From Macrostomum lignano (taxonomy: Eukaryota): a stretch of DNA of 64,000 nt. The notes beneath the pieces are model-generated. The model was given only the letters and a program-made list of their open reading frames with translations. It was not told the origin of the DNA and made no database searches. The stretch lies in the NCBI GenBank assembly GCA_002269645.1, contig NIVC01000254.1, positions 558,001 through 622,000 of the forward strand, in the 5' to 3' direction. Both the position numbers and the translations under genes were made by a program. This document shows, one piece after another, positions 51,470 to 64,000 of the stretch; position 1 is the first letter of the stretch, and each line of letters begins with the position of its first letter.

Positions 51470-53110
51470 CTGTCTGTCTACTATCTCCCATCTAATCTCT
51501 GTCTATTCTCTCCCATCTAATCTCTGTCTATTCCCTCCCATCTAATCTCTGTCTATTCTCTCCCATCTGATCTCTGTCTATTCCCTCCCATCTAATCTCT
51601 GTCTATTCTCTCCCATCTAATCTCTGTCTATTCTCTCCCATCTAATCTCTGTCTAGTGTCTCCCATCTGATCTCTGTCTACTATCTCCCATCTAATCTCT
51701 GTCTATTCCCTCCCATCTAATCTCTGTCTATTCCCTCCCATCTAATCTCTGTCTATTCCCTCCCATCTAATCTCTGTCTATTCCCTCCCATCTAATCTCT
51801 GTCTATTCTCTCCCATCTACTGTCTGTCTATTCTCTCCCATCTAATCTCTGTCTATTCTCTCCCATCTAATCTCTGTATATTCTCTCCCATCTAATCTCT
51901 GTCTATTCCCTCCCATCTAATCTGTCTATTCTCTCCCATCTAATCTCTGTCTATTCTCTCCCATCTAATCTCTGTCTATTCTCTCCCATCTAATCTCTGT
52001 CTATTCTCTCCCATCTAATCTCTGTCTATTCTCTCCCATCTAATCTCTGTCTATTCTCTCCCATCTAATCTCTGTCTATTCTCTCCCATCTAATCTCTGT
52101 CTATTCTCTCCCATCTAATCTCTGTCTATTCTCTCCCATCTAATCTCTGTCTATTCTCTCCCATCTAATCTCTGTCTATTCTCTCCCATCTAATCTCTGT
52201 CTATTCTCTCCCATCTAATCTCTGTCTATTCTCTCCCATCTAATCTCTGTCTATTCTCTCCCATCTAATCTCTGTCTATTCTCTCCCATCTAATCTCTGT
52301 CTATTCTCTCCCATCTAATCTCTGTCTATTCTCTCCCATCTAATCTCTGTCTATTCTCTCCATCTAATCTCTGTCTATTCTCTCCCATCTAATCTCTGTC
52401 TATTCTCTCCCACCTAATCTCTGTCTATTCTCTCCCATCTAATCTCTGTCTATTCTCTCCCATCTAATCTCTGTCTATTCTCTCCCATCTAATCTCTGTC
52501 TATTCTCTCCCATCTAATCTCTGTCTATTCTCTCCCACCTAATCTCTGTCTATTCTCTCCCATCTAATCTCTGTCTATTCTCTCCCATCTAATCTCTGTC
52601 TATTCTCTCCCATCTAATCTCTGTCTATTCTCTCCCATCTGATCTCTGTCTATTCTCTCCCATCTACTGTCTGTCTATTCTCTCCCATCTAATCTCTGTC
52701 TATTCTCTCACCTAATCTATGTCTATTTTCTCCCATCTAATCTCTGTCTATTCTCTCCATCTAATCTCTGTCTATTCTCTCCCATCTAATCTCTGTCTAT
52801 TCTCTCCCACCTAATCTCTGTCTATTCTCTCCCATCTAATCTCTGTCTATTCTCTCCCATCTAATCTCTGTCTATTCTCTCCCATCTAATCTCTGTCTAT
52901 TCTCTCCCACCTAATCTCTGTCTATTCTCTCCCATCTAATCTCTGTCTATTCTCTCCCATCTAATCTCTGTCTATTCTCTCCCATCTAATCTCTGTCTAT
53001 TCTCTCCCATCTGATCTCTGTCTATTCTCTCCCATCTACTGTCTGTCTATTCTCTCCCATCTAATCTCTGTCTATTCTCTCACCTAATCTATGTCTATTT
53101 TCTCCCATCT
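51470..53110. repeat. 25-bp minisatellite (CCATCTAATCTCTGTCTATTCTCTC)n
   Basis: Period 25 (CCATC at 51961, 51986, 52011). Confidence 0.95.
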
Positions 53111-53787
53111 AATTTCTGTCTACTCTTCCATCTCGTGTCTTGATGTCTATTCTCTCTCTCATCTGTCTATTCTCTCTAATCTAATCTTTCTCTTGTCTCT
53201 GTTTCCTCGTGTCGCTTTTCTCCAATCTCCTTCCTATGTTGTCCTAAAGTTCATTTATATTTTCAAATTTGTAGAAACACTTCTTATATATAAGGCGTTC
53301 TTATCGTTTATTTAAAAAACAGGCTTTTTCTTTTAATGACATCATATTTATAAACATTTGTTACAAACAGATTTTTTGCGAGCAGTTCGATTAATATTTC
53401 TGGTTTCATTCCTTTTGATTTTATTTAATTTAGAGATGCTTTCTAATGCGCGTATTTTACTACTGTCAGCTATAGACATGCTTGGATCACAGATTTTGTA
53501 TTTTATTGTAGAGAATTCCTATTGATTGTGCTTTTTTTCGAATTCGCACCACAATCGATGGACTAAAGTTAAACAAAAAGCAAAGATTGCACTTCAGTAG
53601 TATGTAGTAGATTTGTGTGTTATTTCTTATTTAAATTCTATTAATGTTCTGTCTTGTAAATGTTGATGGAATAAATATTTTGAGAACGAGTTTTACTCTG
53701 CCTGAATTTTAAACAATCCGTTCTGTGTCGACGTAAAAGCTACCGACTTTTTTGACGTTAGTTAATTCATTTTCTTGTGCTGTTGTA

Positions 53788-54922
<1,135 letters not shown>

Positions 54923-55489
54923 CACAGACTAATGGTTTAGAGAGTTTAAATTGTGAGCCAGCTGACTTCTAAACGATTCAGAACTTGCGAAATGCCCCGA
55001 TATTGCTGTATGCCTACTAATAGTAGATAAATTAGCAATAGCTGACTAAGCAATCAATCTTTAATAATTTAATTGACTGCAATATCGAAAATTATGTTTG
55101 TAAGTGTCTTTCCGGCTGGTTAAGCTTGAAGTACATAGCTACTGAAATATTTAATAGCAAAGCAGCAAAAAATATTAACAATAAACTTTTTGTAGCCAAC
55201 GCGCCGGATAATCACTAGGGTAGAGTTTTCAGGTTGAATGTGTCAATCAGCTTTAGTTGGCTTGTTATTAGTGGCTGCTTGATGCGTTTATTGATGATGT
55301 ATCGACTGAACTGTTTATAAAGTTGGTGGGGTCCAGAATTGCAGATGGAAAACAGGGAGGGAGAAAGGGGGGAAAAGTGAAGTGGTGGAGGGTAGATGAG
55401 AAAGGGATTTAGATAGGAAAGCGATGGTAAATAGAGCACAGAGTACGATATATCAAGAAGATAGAGAGGGCCAGTGTTAAAAGCAAAGG

Positions 55490-56160
55490 GAGATAGGGTA
55501 GATAGAGAAGGGGAGAGGGGGTAGATATAAAAGGAAAGAGGGTAGATAGAGAAGGAGGGAGGGTAGATAGAGAAGGGGAGAGGGAGTAGATAGAGAAGGA
55601 GAGGGAGTAGATAGAGAAGGAGAGAGGGTAGATAGAGAAGGAGAGAGGGAGTAGATAGAGAAGGAGAGAGGGGGTAGATAGAGAAGGAGAGAGGGAGTAG
55701 ATAGAGAAGGAGAGGGGCTAGATAGATGAGGAGAGGGGGTAGATAGAGAAGGAGAGAGGGAGTAGATAGAGAAAGAGAGGGGGTAGATATAAAAAGAGAG
55801 AGGGTAGATAGAGAAGGGGAAAGGGGGTAGATATAAAAGGAGAGAGGGTAGATAGAGAAGGAGAGAGGGGGTAGATATAAAAGGAGAGAGGGTAGATAGA
55901 GAAGGAGAGGGAGTAGATAGAGAAGGAGAAAGGGGGTGGATATAAAAGGAGAGAGGGTAGATAGAGAAGGGGAGAGGGAGTAGATAGAGAAGGAGAGAGG
56001 GGGTAGATATAAAAGGAGAGAGGGTAGATATAGAAGGGGAGAAGGAGTAGATATAAAAGGAGAGAGGGGGTAGATATAAAAGGAGAGAGGGTAGATAGAG
56101 AAGGGGAGAGGGAGTAGATAGAGAAGGAGAGGGTAGATGGCAAAAGGGAGAGAGGGTAGA
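55490..56160. repeat. Purine-rich ~21-bp minisatellite (GGGTAGATAGAGAAGGAGAGA)n
   Basis: Direct reading. Confidence 0.9.
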
Positions 56161-56791
56161 CTAAAAGTACATTTTGATATTGGATAGTGTGTGTAGCGAG
56201 TAGATTAGAGAGTACAGAATGAAGGAGTACAAAGAAAACTTTCAAAATTTCTACAGCATCGCAGCAGTAAGCCGAAAGATTTGCATTGCATGCTGGGAGC
56301 CAAAGCTCTGCAAGCCAGTGAGTGGATCAGAGACGGGGGTCACTGCTGCCTGCTGCAGCCTCTTCCACTCCCCCCGCCCCACCACCCCTTTGATCCCATT
56401 GGCTCCCAAGGACTGCCCCTCTTTTGCATGTTGAAAAGCACTAGGAGTTGGATCGGAGGGGGAGGAGGCGAACCCCCGGCTTTTCCCCCCGCCTGTGTAC
56501 ACCGCCGCGCTGCTGCAGTGTGTTCCATGTTGGGACGAACAAGGTGGGAGAGAACTTACTTGGCCAGAGTTTTGCCCCTGTTTCCTCTCCCTGCCCCCCC
56601 CCCATCCACTGGCCAGGAATGCACGGGACGCCCTCCGAGGTTTAGAAGAAAGAAACGAGAGCAGCACAGTAAGTTCGTTTAAGTTGCTCGTGTGTTAAAC
56701 AAGGTTTTTTTTTAACTTATATCCGTCATCTCTCACTACTAGGTATGATATTGAGCTCTGAGCAGTGACTGACAGACACAGTCTGACCAAT

Positions 56792-59700
56792 ATGGGCTGC
56801 GAGATGGCCAAGCTGAGGAGATTAGATATCTCCTTGGACAACAGTCTGGGCATCTACAGTCCCGGAGACAGGGTCACCGGCTTCGTGTGCGTTGACGTCA
56901 CGGAGCCTACGGAGGTGCACGGTGAGTGCGGTGAGGGAAGTGAGTGAATGGTGTGATCTACTCTATGAGAGAAGTGTGTGAATGGTGTGATCTACTGTTT
57001 GAGAGAAGTGTGTGAATGGTGTGATCTACTGTTTGAGAGAAGTGTGTGAATGGTGTGATCTACTGTTTGAGAGAAGTGTGTGAATGGTGTGATCTACTGT
57101 TTGAGAGAAGTGTGTGAATGGTGTGATCTACTGTTTGAGAGAAGTGTGTGAATGGTGTGATCTACTGTTTGAGACTGTGTGAATGGTGTGATCTACTCTA
57201 TGAGAGAAGTGTGTGAATGGTGTGATCTACTGTTTGAGACTGTGTGAATGGTGTGATCTACTCTATGAAAGAAGTGTGTGAATGGTGTGATCTACTGTTT
57301 GAGAGAAGTGAGTGAATGGTGTGATCTACTGTTTGAGAGAAGTGTGTGAATGGTGTGATCTACTGTTTGAGAGAAGTGAGTGAATGGTGTGATCTACTAC
57401 TCTATGAGAGAAGTGTGTGAATGGTGTGATCTACTGTTTGAGAGAAGTGTGAATGGTGTGATCTACTGTTTGAGACTGTGTGAATGGTGTGATCTACTCT
57501 ATGAGAGAAGTGTGTGAATGGTGTGATCTACTGTTTGAGACTGTGTGAATGGTGTGATCTACTCTATGAGAGAAGTGTGTGAATGGTGTGATCTACTGTT
57601 TGAGAGAAGTGAGTGAATGGTGTGATCTACTGTTTGAGAGAAGTGTGTGAATGGTGTGATCTACTGTTTGAGAGAAGTGTGTGAATGGTGTGTGCCCCGG
57701 TCGTTTGGACTTTTCGAGAACACATCCTGGTACTGATGCAGAAGATCTTTGACACACTGAACTTGATTGGCTGTAAGATTTTTCTCATCAATGTGCACAT
57801 TTGGTACATACTCGGCGATTTGACCTTTCACTGTCTCAACTTGCATTGACAACTCTGCATCGGCACCATCTGACATCGGCTCAAAAGTCCCCAGTCTTGT
57901 TCCGGGGTAAAATGTATGCGGCTTGGTGTCCGTATTGACATAGTGAACAGCGATGAGTCCTCCTCGCAACACCGAGAGGCTGCGCGCTCCACACATGACC
58001 ATGGAGATGTCCTTCGAATTGTCAGGCTCAAAGATGCCGCACTCACCATCAACAGCTGCATCTGACTCACTTGCCAATCTCGCTGGGAAGACGATTTCGT
58101 GACCAGCGGGCACGGTTGTCCTGTCTGCTTCCTCAACGGCGAATACACAGCTACTTGCTGCCGATGACTCCATTTTTACTTGCTGACCGCACACAGTGAG
58201 CGTTTGGCGATTGCAGTCGATGACGCAGCCACAGTTTGCCAGGAAATCTGCACCCAGCAAAAAATCCTTGGCCAGATTGTTGACAACCAAAACTCTTTGT
58301 CGAACCGTTGCCACACCGAAACTTAGCTGCACTTCCTGCCAACCACAGGCAGCCAAATAGTTACCGTCTGCCAGCTTCAACTGCACCGGAGTCGTCAAAG
58401 GCAGGAGCCTCTCATTCAGCTTGCGAAACAGGGAACTTGACATCAGACACTGGGAACACCCAGTGTCAACTAGACAGCTGGCAGGGACACACATTGGCAG
58501 GATGCGACAGTTTACCAGCATGTTGGCACCAGTGGCTGAGCAGGACACCTCTACGACTGGTTGCGCCGGGATTCTCACTTGCGGAACGGCACCCCGGCGG
58601 TCGCCGCTCCATCGAAGTTTCCCGACTTCTGAGTGCAAAATTTTTTAACATGGCCCGGCTTACCGCACTTTCAGCATGTCACAACTCTGCGTCTGTCGCC
58701 GCTCTGACGATGATCCTGGTCCTTTGACTCCCAGCGGCTGAGCTTGTTGGACAGCTCCTTCAGGGACCGTTGAATTCCGACTGCAAAGGCTTCGGGAACC
58801 TCAGCAGCTAGAGCCGTAGCAGTGCCTCCTTGCGACTGTATCGATTCCACGAATCGCGCTGTTTCAACTGTATCAGCGAATGTCGCCTTTGCCTGCATCT
58901 GCGTCTGCATTCGCACAGCTGGGTCCCTCAATCCGGATAGAAACCGACCTTTGAGAAGCTCGTCCTTCGCTGTCACCGACGTCTCCTGCTCGGCACCTGC
59001 TTTCGTCTCCATCAGACTCGGGAACGCACGCTTTGCCGCAACGATCAGGGCATCGGAATAGTCTGCAACCGACTGACCGTCCTTTTGAGTCAGATTGAAG
59101 AACTGCGCCTGCAGCTCAGCAGAGGATGTTGATGGCCGAAATCGATTTTTCAGAGCCTTCTCAAAGTCGTCGTAGGACAGGGAAGCATCCAAATTGTTGG
59201 CCGCTTGATATGATTTGTCGTCGAGGAATGACAGCAGAGCATTCTTGCGCTGATCGACAGGAAGAGATGATGCGAAATTGTTGAATCGTGCCAGCCAAAG
59301 TTCAAAGTCTTGTCCATGCTGGTATTGAGGCGGCCGCAAAAACATGTTGGCAAAACTAGCTTGGGGCTGAGTCACCGCCACTGTAGGGCTCTCTGCACTG
59401 CCTTCATTTTCAGTCATCCCACCGCTGCCACCAATGTAAGAACAAGCGAAAACGAGAAATTGGCTTAAGGCGTAGACCGACTCTTGGCTGCCCAGGGCGC
59501 CAAGGCATTCACTTATATATTATCATTGTACAGCGAGCAAATGTACATAAGAGCTAGTGAACGTGCGCACACGCAATCAACTAAGCAAACCATCTTACAG
59601 AAGTGTGTGAATGGTGTGATCTAGTCTTTGAGAGAAGTGAGTGAACTCAGTGCTGTAGTTCAGTGTAGTTTTATTTCTAAAATCAAAGGATCATTTTTAA

Positions 59701-62700
59701 ATCAGAGAATTTTTCTGCCTTTTGAAATTTGCACCCAAGTCAGCTGCAGCGTTCCAGCCTCCGGTATTCCGGTTTTAACCGCCCCCAGACCTTCATCAAT
59801 TATGGTGCTTAATAACCCCTGCGCTTCCCCGCAACCCATTGAGAGCATTTATTTATGGTTTAGACTCTGACTGCGGTCGACTATGAGAGGGAAAATTTGC
59901 CGTGAAATATCGCTGTCCGTGAGACGAGTTCATCTTGTGTTTTATGAATGCGCCTGTGCTTCTAACACTGCGTGTAATAAAACTTCAGTTGTCACACTTG
60001 GCTTGAGTAATATGCAGTGCTCTTAAACTCTTATATCTTCATTAACGAACACATGAATTCCAACTGATGAAATACAACTGATTTTTTGGCGGCTTGTTGG
60101 GATTCCGACTGAGTTAGAACAGTATTGTTTAGGAAATTTGTGTTAAACAATCTTTCAAATGCTAGACAGACTTCCAGATGTTAGACAGGCTTCCTGGTGT
60201 TAGACAGGCTTCCAGATGTTAGACAGGCTTCCAGATTTTAGACAGGCTTCCAGATGTTAAATTGGCTTCCAGATGTTAGACAGGCTTCCAGATGTTAAGT
60301 TGGCTTCCAGATGTTAGACAGGCTTCCAGATGTTAGACAGGCTTCCAGATGTTAGACAGCCTTCCAGATGTTAGACAGGCTTCCAAATGTTAGACAGGGT
60401 TCCAGATGTTAGACAGACTTCGGGATGTTGGATAGGCTTCCAGATGTTAGACAGGCTTCCGGATGTTAGACAGGCTTCCAGATGTTAGACGTACAGGCTT
60501 CCAGATGTTAGACGTACAGGCTTCCAGATGTTAGACAGGCTTCCAGATGTTAGACAGGCTTCCAGATGTTAGACAGGCTTCCAGATGTTAGACGGGCTTC
60601 CAGATGTTAGACAGGCTTCCAGATGTTAGACAGGCTTCCAGATGTTAGACAGGCTTCCAGATGTTAGACAGGCTTCCAGATGAACTTAAAGCCAACCCTT
60701 GCCCGCCTCGATCCACAGGTGGCAGGATGTGGTTCTACGGCAACGCCGAAACCTCCTGGGTGGAGATCACGAAGTCTGAAGGCGCTGAAACTGTAACGGG
60801 CCATCAGGTGTTCTTTCAGACCTGCTGTCAGCTATTCGGCAAAGGTGAGGCAAAAGCTGTTAGAGATTCCAACTGGCTGAGTTTGTCTGGCCTCAGTCAC
60901 ACGGAAAAGCCTCAGTCAATTGGAAAAGCCTCAGTCAATTGGAACAGCCTCAGTCACATGGAAAAGCCTCAGTCACACGGAAAAGCCTCAGTCACATGGA
61001 AAAGCCTCAGTCCTATGGAAAAGCCTCAGTCACATTGAAAAGCGTCAGTCACACGGAAAAGCCTCTGTCACATGGAAAAGCCTCAGTCACATGGAAAAGC
61101 CTCAGTCACACAGAAAAGCCTCAGTCACACGGAAAAGCCTCTGTCACATGGAAAAGCCTCAGTCACATGGAAAAGCCTCAGTCACACAAAAAGCCTCAGT
61201 CACATAGAAAAGCCTCAGTCACACGGAGAAGCCTCAGTCACACGGAGAAGCCTCAGTCACACAAAAAGCCTCAGTCACATAGAAAAGCCTCAGTCACACG
61301 GAGAAGCCTCAGTCACATGGAAAAGCCTCAGTCACATGGAAAAGCCTCAGTCACATGGAGAAGCCTCAGTCACATGGAAAAGCCTCAGTCACATGGAAAA
61401 GCCTCAGTCATACAAAAAAGCATCAGTCACATAGAAAAGCCTCAGTCACACGGAGAAGCCTCAGTCACATGGAAAAGCCTCAGTCACATGGAAAAGCCTC
61501 AGTCACATGGAGAAGCCTCAGTCACATGGAAAAGCCTCAGTCACATGGAAAAGCCTCAGTCATACAAAAAAGCATCAGTCACATAGAAAAGCCTCAGTCA
61601 TACAAAAAAGCCTCAGTCACATGGAAAAGCCTCAGTCACATGGAAAAGCCTCAGTCACATGGAGAAGCCTCAGTCACATGGAAAAGCCTCAGTCACATGG
61701 AAAAGCCTCAGTCATACAAAAAAGCATCAGTCACATAGAAAAGCCTCAGTCATACAAAAAAGCCTCAGTCACATGGAAAAGCCTCAGTCACATGGAAAAG
61801 CCTCAGTCACACGGAAAAGATTTCTTTAAGTGCGTCCGACAGCAAAGTTGCTCTGCAGTGGTGCGGACTCTTAAGTAATTAATGACAAACATGCCTTCAT
61901 AAAAGTCGACCAGAGCCCATGCAGTCTTATACTGACTGCACCCTCACCGTCTGGGAGAATAGAATTTCCACCGCTTCTCCCAGGGGGATCATCTCTTCGT
62001 TCCCTCTTTCCTGCCTCTGGAGTTTCCCCATCTATCTGTCCCTCACGTATTAGTGCACGCGGAGTTCCTTGGCCAGCTCGTCAGCGGCGAAGCATTTGAA
62101 AGCAGCAAGGAGGAGCCTGAAGCCACAACTCTGCCCCAAACGTCCCCACATGTTCAGACAACTGCAGAGCCTGGAGTCACAAATTTTCTTCTGCCTTTAT
62201 AGCTTGAGAGAATTATGTGATAAATAAAATGATTGTTTACTCGGGTACCCAGAATTTATTCAAGCCTACAGTTGTCTGAAAATTTGTTACTCCAGGTTCT
62301 GCTTCTGGGCCTCCTTGGAAGAAACCAGGCAATTCTCGCTGTATCTGTCACTCACTCTCACTCTCTCTCTTCTGTCCCGTCATTCATGCACTCGCTAGTT
62401 CTTGACTTTTCAGTTTTCGTCTTCATCTGTTTTTTTTCTCTTCTGTAGAAAACAGGCGGAAAAAACGCAACGAAAACAATGGCGATTGGCGTGCTGATAT
62501 CAGTAGCAGGTTTTTTTACTACGAGCGCACTTATAGTGCATCTAGAAAGTCCGGGCCACTCGCTGTACACCCTGTGTGATCGTGTCTGCGTGCATACCTG
62601 CGAACAGTATCAGATTAATCTCCCTCTGTCTCCCGCAGAGCTTGACGACAATTCAGAGTCTCCGGGATTTGTGATCGGGCCCGGCTTTCACCAGTTCCCC

Positions 62701-62892
62701 TTCCAGTTCCAGCTGCCGGAACAGCTGCCATCCTCGTTTGAGTACTACTCAGAGACTGGCCGCATCAAGGCCCGGGTGTCTTTCAGCGTCAAAGCGGAGG
62801 TGGAGAACTCCAGGAGGACGGCAAGTCACAGCCGGGAGAGACCGATCCTGATCATCAACTTCTACGACTTGAATGTGCACCGGCATCTCATA
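56792..62892 (+). CDS. ARRDC: Alpha-arrestin / arrestin-domain-containing protein, first three exons (continues beyond window)
   Basis: Exons 56792-56921, 60719-60844 and 62639-62892, phases 1/1/0. Arrestin_N motifs IYSPGDRVTGFV, FYGNAETSW, GFHQFPFQFQLPEQLPSSFE, VSFSVKAEV. Confidence 0.85.
56936..57692. repeat. 34-bp minisatellite in arrestin intron 1
   Basis: GAAGTGTGTGAATGGTGTGATCTACTGTTTGAGA units. A further ~1.3 units follow the LTR at 59600-59646. Confidence 0.94.
57693..58623 (-). pseudogene. pol: Pol 5' fragment (aspartic protease plus spacer), truncated before RT
   Basis: CLVDTGCS and DFLLGADFLAN motifs, ending at LLHQYQDVFSKSPNDRG. In the -1 frame relative to gag, with GGGAAAC at 58623-58617. 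Confidence 0.85.
58575..59417 (-). pseudogene. gag: Gag with premature TGA inside the CCHC zinc knuckle
   Basis: MTENEG..QDFELWLARFNNF..FFNLTQKDGQSVADY..LKGRFLSGL. Reading through the TGA at 58671-58673 gives C*KCGKPGHVKKFC, and the frame ends at ...VPFRK*. Confidence 0.82.
59416..59433 (-). promoter_or_regulatory. Primer-binding site complementary to tRNA-Leu (AAG/TAG type) 3' end
   Basis: The minus strand reads TGGTGGCAGCGGTGGGAT, the complement of ...ATCCCACCGCTGCCA-CCA. Confidence 0.85.
59435..59599 (-). repeat. 5' LTR (165 bp) of truncated Gypsy element
   Basis: 7-bp terminal inverted repeats TGTAAGA...TCTTACA. PBS begins 1 nt after it on the minus strand. TATATAAG inside. Confidence 0.85.
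60165..60682. repeat. 19-bp minisatellite (TTAGACAGGCTTCCAGATG)n
   Basis: Direct reading. Confidence 0.93.
60890..61818. repeat. 19-bp minisatellite (GGAAAAGCCTCAGTCACAT)n in arrestin intron 2
   Basis: Direct reading. Confidence 0.93.
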
Positions 62893-62909
62893 GTGAGTGC
62901 AGCTGGGCG

Positions 62910-64000
62910 GCGACAGCTCGTGGGATTTGAGGGTGACAGCTCGTGGGCTTTGAGGGTGACAGCTCGTGAGATTTGAGGGTAACAGCTCGTGGGATTTGAG
63001 AGTGACAGCTCGTGGGATTTGAGGGTGACAGCTCGTGGGATTTGAGGGTGACAGCTCGTGGGATTTGAGGGTGACAGCTCGTGGGATTTGAGGGTGACAG
63101 CTCGTGGGATTTGAGGGTGACAGCTCGTGGGATTTGAGGGTGACAGCTCGTGGGATTTGAGGGTGACAGCTCGTGGGATTTGAGGGTGACAGCTCGTGGG
63201 ATTTGAGGGTGACAGCTCGAAGGATTTAGGGTGACAGATCGTAGGATTTAGGGTGACAGATCGTAGGATTTGAGGGTGACAGCTCGTGGGATTTGAGGGT
63301 GACAGCTCGTGGGATTTGAGGGTGACAGCTCGAAGGATTTAGGGTGACAGATCGTAGGATTTAGGGTGACAGATCGTAGGATTTAGGGTGACAGATCGTA
63401 GGATTTAGGGTGACAGATCGTAGGATTTAGGGTGACAGATCGAAGGATTTGAGGGTGACAGCTCGAAGGATTTAGGGTGACAGATCGTAGGATTTAGGGT
63501 GACAGATCGTAGGATTTAGGGTGACAGATCGTAGGATTTAGGGTGACAGATGCATCTGGGAGTGACAGATCATGGAATCTGGCAGTGACAGATCATTGAA
63601 TCTGGGAGTGACAGATCATAGAATCTGAGAATGACAGATCATGGAATCTGGGAGTGACAGATCATGGAATCTGGGAGTGACAGATCATGAAATCTGGGAG
63701 TGACAGATCATGAAATCTGGGAGTGACAGATCATGGAATCTGGGAGTGACAGCTCATGGAATCTGGGAGTGACAGATCATAGAATCTGGGAGTGACAGAT
63801 CATCTGGGAGTGACAGATCATAGAATCTGGGAGTGACAGATCATAGAATCTGAGAATGACAGATCATGGAATCTGAGAATGACAGATCATGGAATCTGGG
63901 AGTGACAGATCATCTGGGAGTGACAGATCATCTGGGAGTGACAGATCATCTGGGAGTGACAGATTATCTGGGAGTGACTGATCATCTGGGAGTGACAGAT
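62910..64000. repeat. Compound 23/22/23/18-bp minisatellite with GTGACAG core in arrestin intron 3
   Basis: GGGTGACAGCTCGTGGGATTTGA grades into TCTGGGAGTGACAGATCATGGAA. Confidence 0.93.

Larger units (their letters stand above)
57693..59599 (-). mobile_element. 3'-truncated Ty3/Gypsy element (one LTR, PBS, gag, protease) antisense in arrestin intron 1
   Basis: LTR at 59435-59599, tRNA-Leu PBS, gag and protease ORFs. The sequence breaks into the host minisatellite at 57692, before RT. Confidence 0.9.

Noticed and set aside
56219-56698. Cluster of short overlapping ORFs upstream of the arrestin gene
   Set aside because: This is GC-rich promoter/5' UTR-like sequence. The ORFs are short, in conflicting frames, and have no domains.

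Overview
Repeat-rich eukaryotic (animal) genomic DNA with GC-rich exons and introns filled by minisatellites. This is reminiscent of a Macrostomum-type flatworm, but the organism is an inference only. The main feature is an intact, very young 8.6-kb Ty3/Gypsy LTR retrotransposon (6013-14613). Its 680/679-bp LTRs differ by one G, and it has a 4-bp TSD, a tRNA-His PBS, a PPT, and gag plus pol joined by a GGGAAAC/pseudoknot -1 frameshift. It also carries an intact third sense ORF in the env position that is not env-like. This ~558-aa protein fuses an HPD-less DnaJ-like domain to a TatD-like nuclease fold that has lost nearly all metal ligands. Four host genes can be spliced together by eye: a spalt/SALL-like zinc-finger gene, LRRC46-like, GRAMD1/Aster-like, and an alpha-arrestin that continues beyond the window. 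Also present are a 9.2-kb near-perfect 197-bp satellite, a decayed RTE-like LINE with an internal inversion and a nested MITE, a second MITE, a truncated antisense Gypsy element (tRNA-Leu PBS) in an arrestin intron, and about 18 micro/minisatellite arrays. All calls are by eye, and no searches were run.
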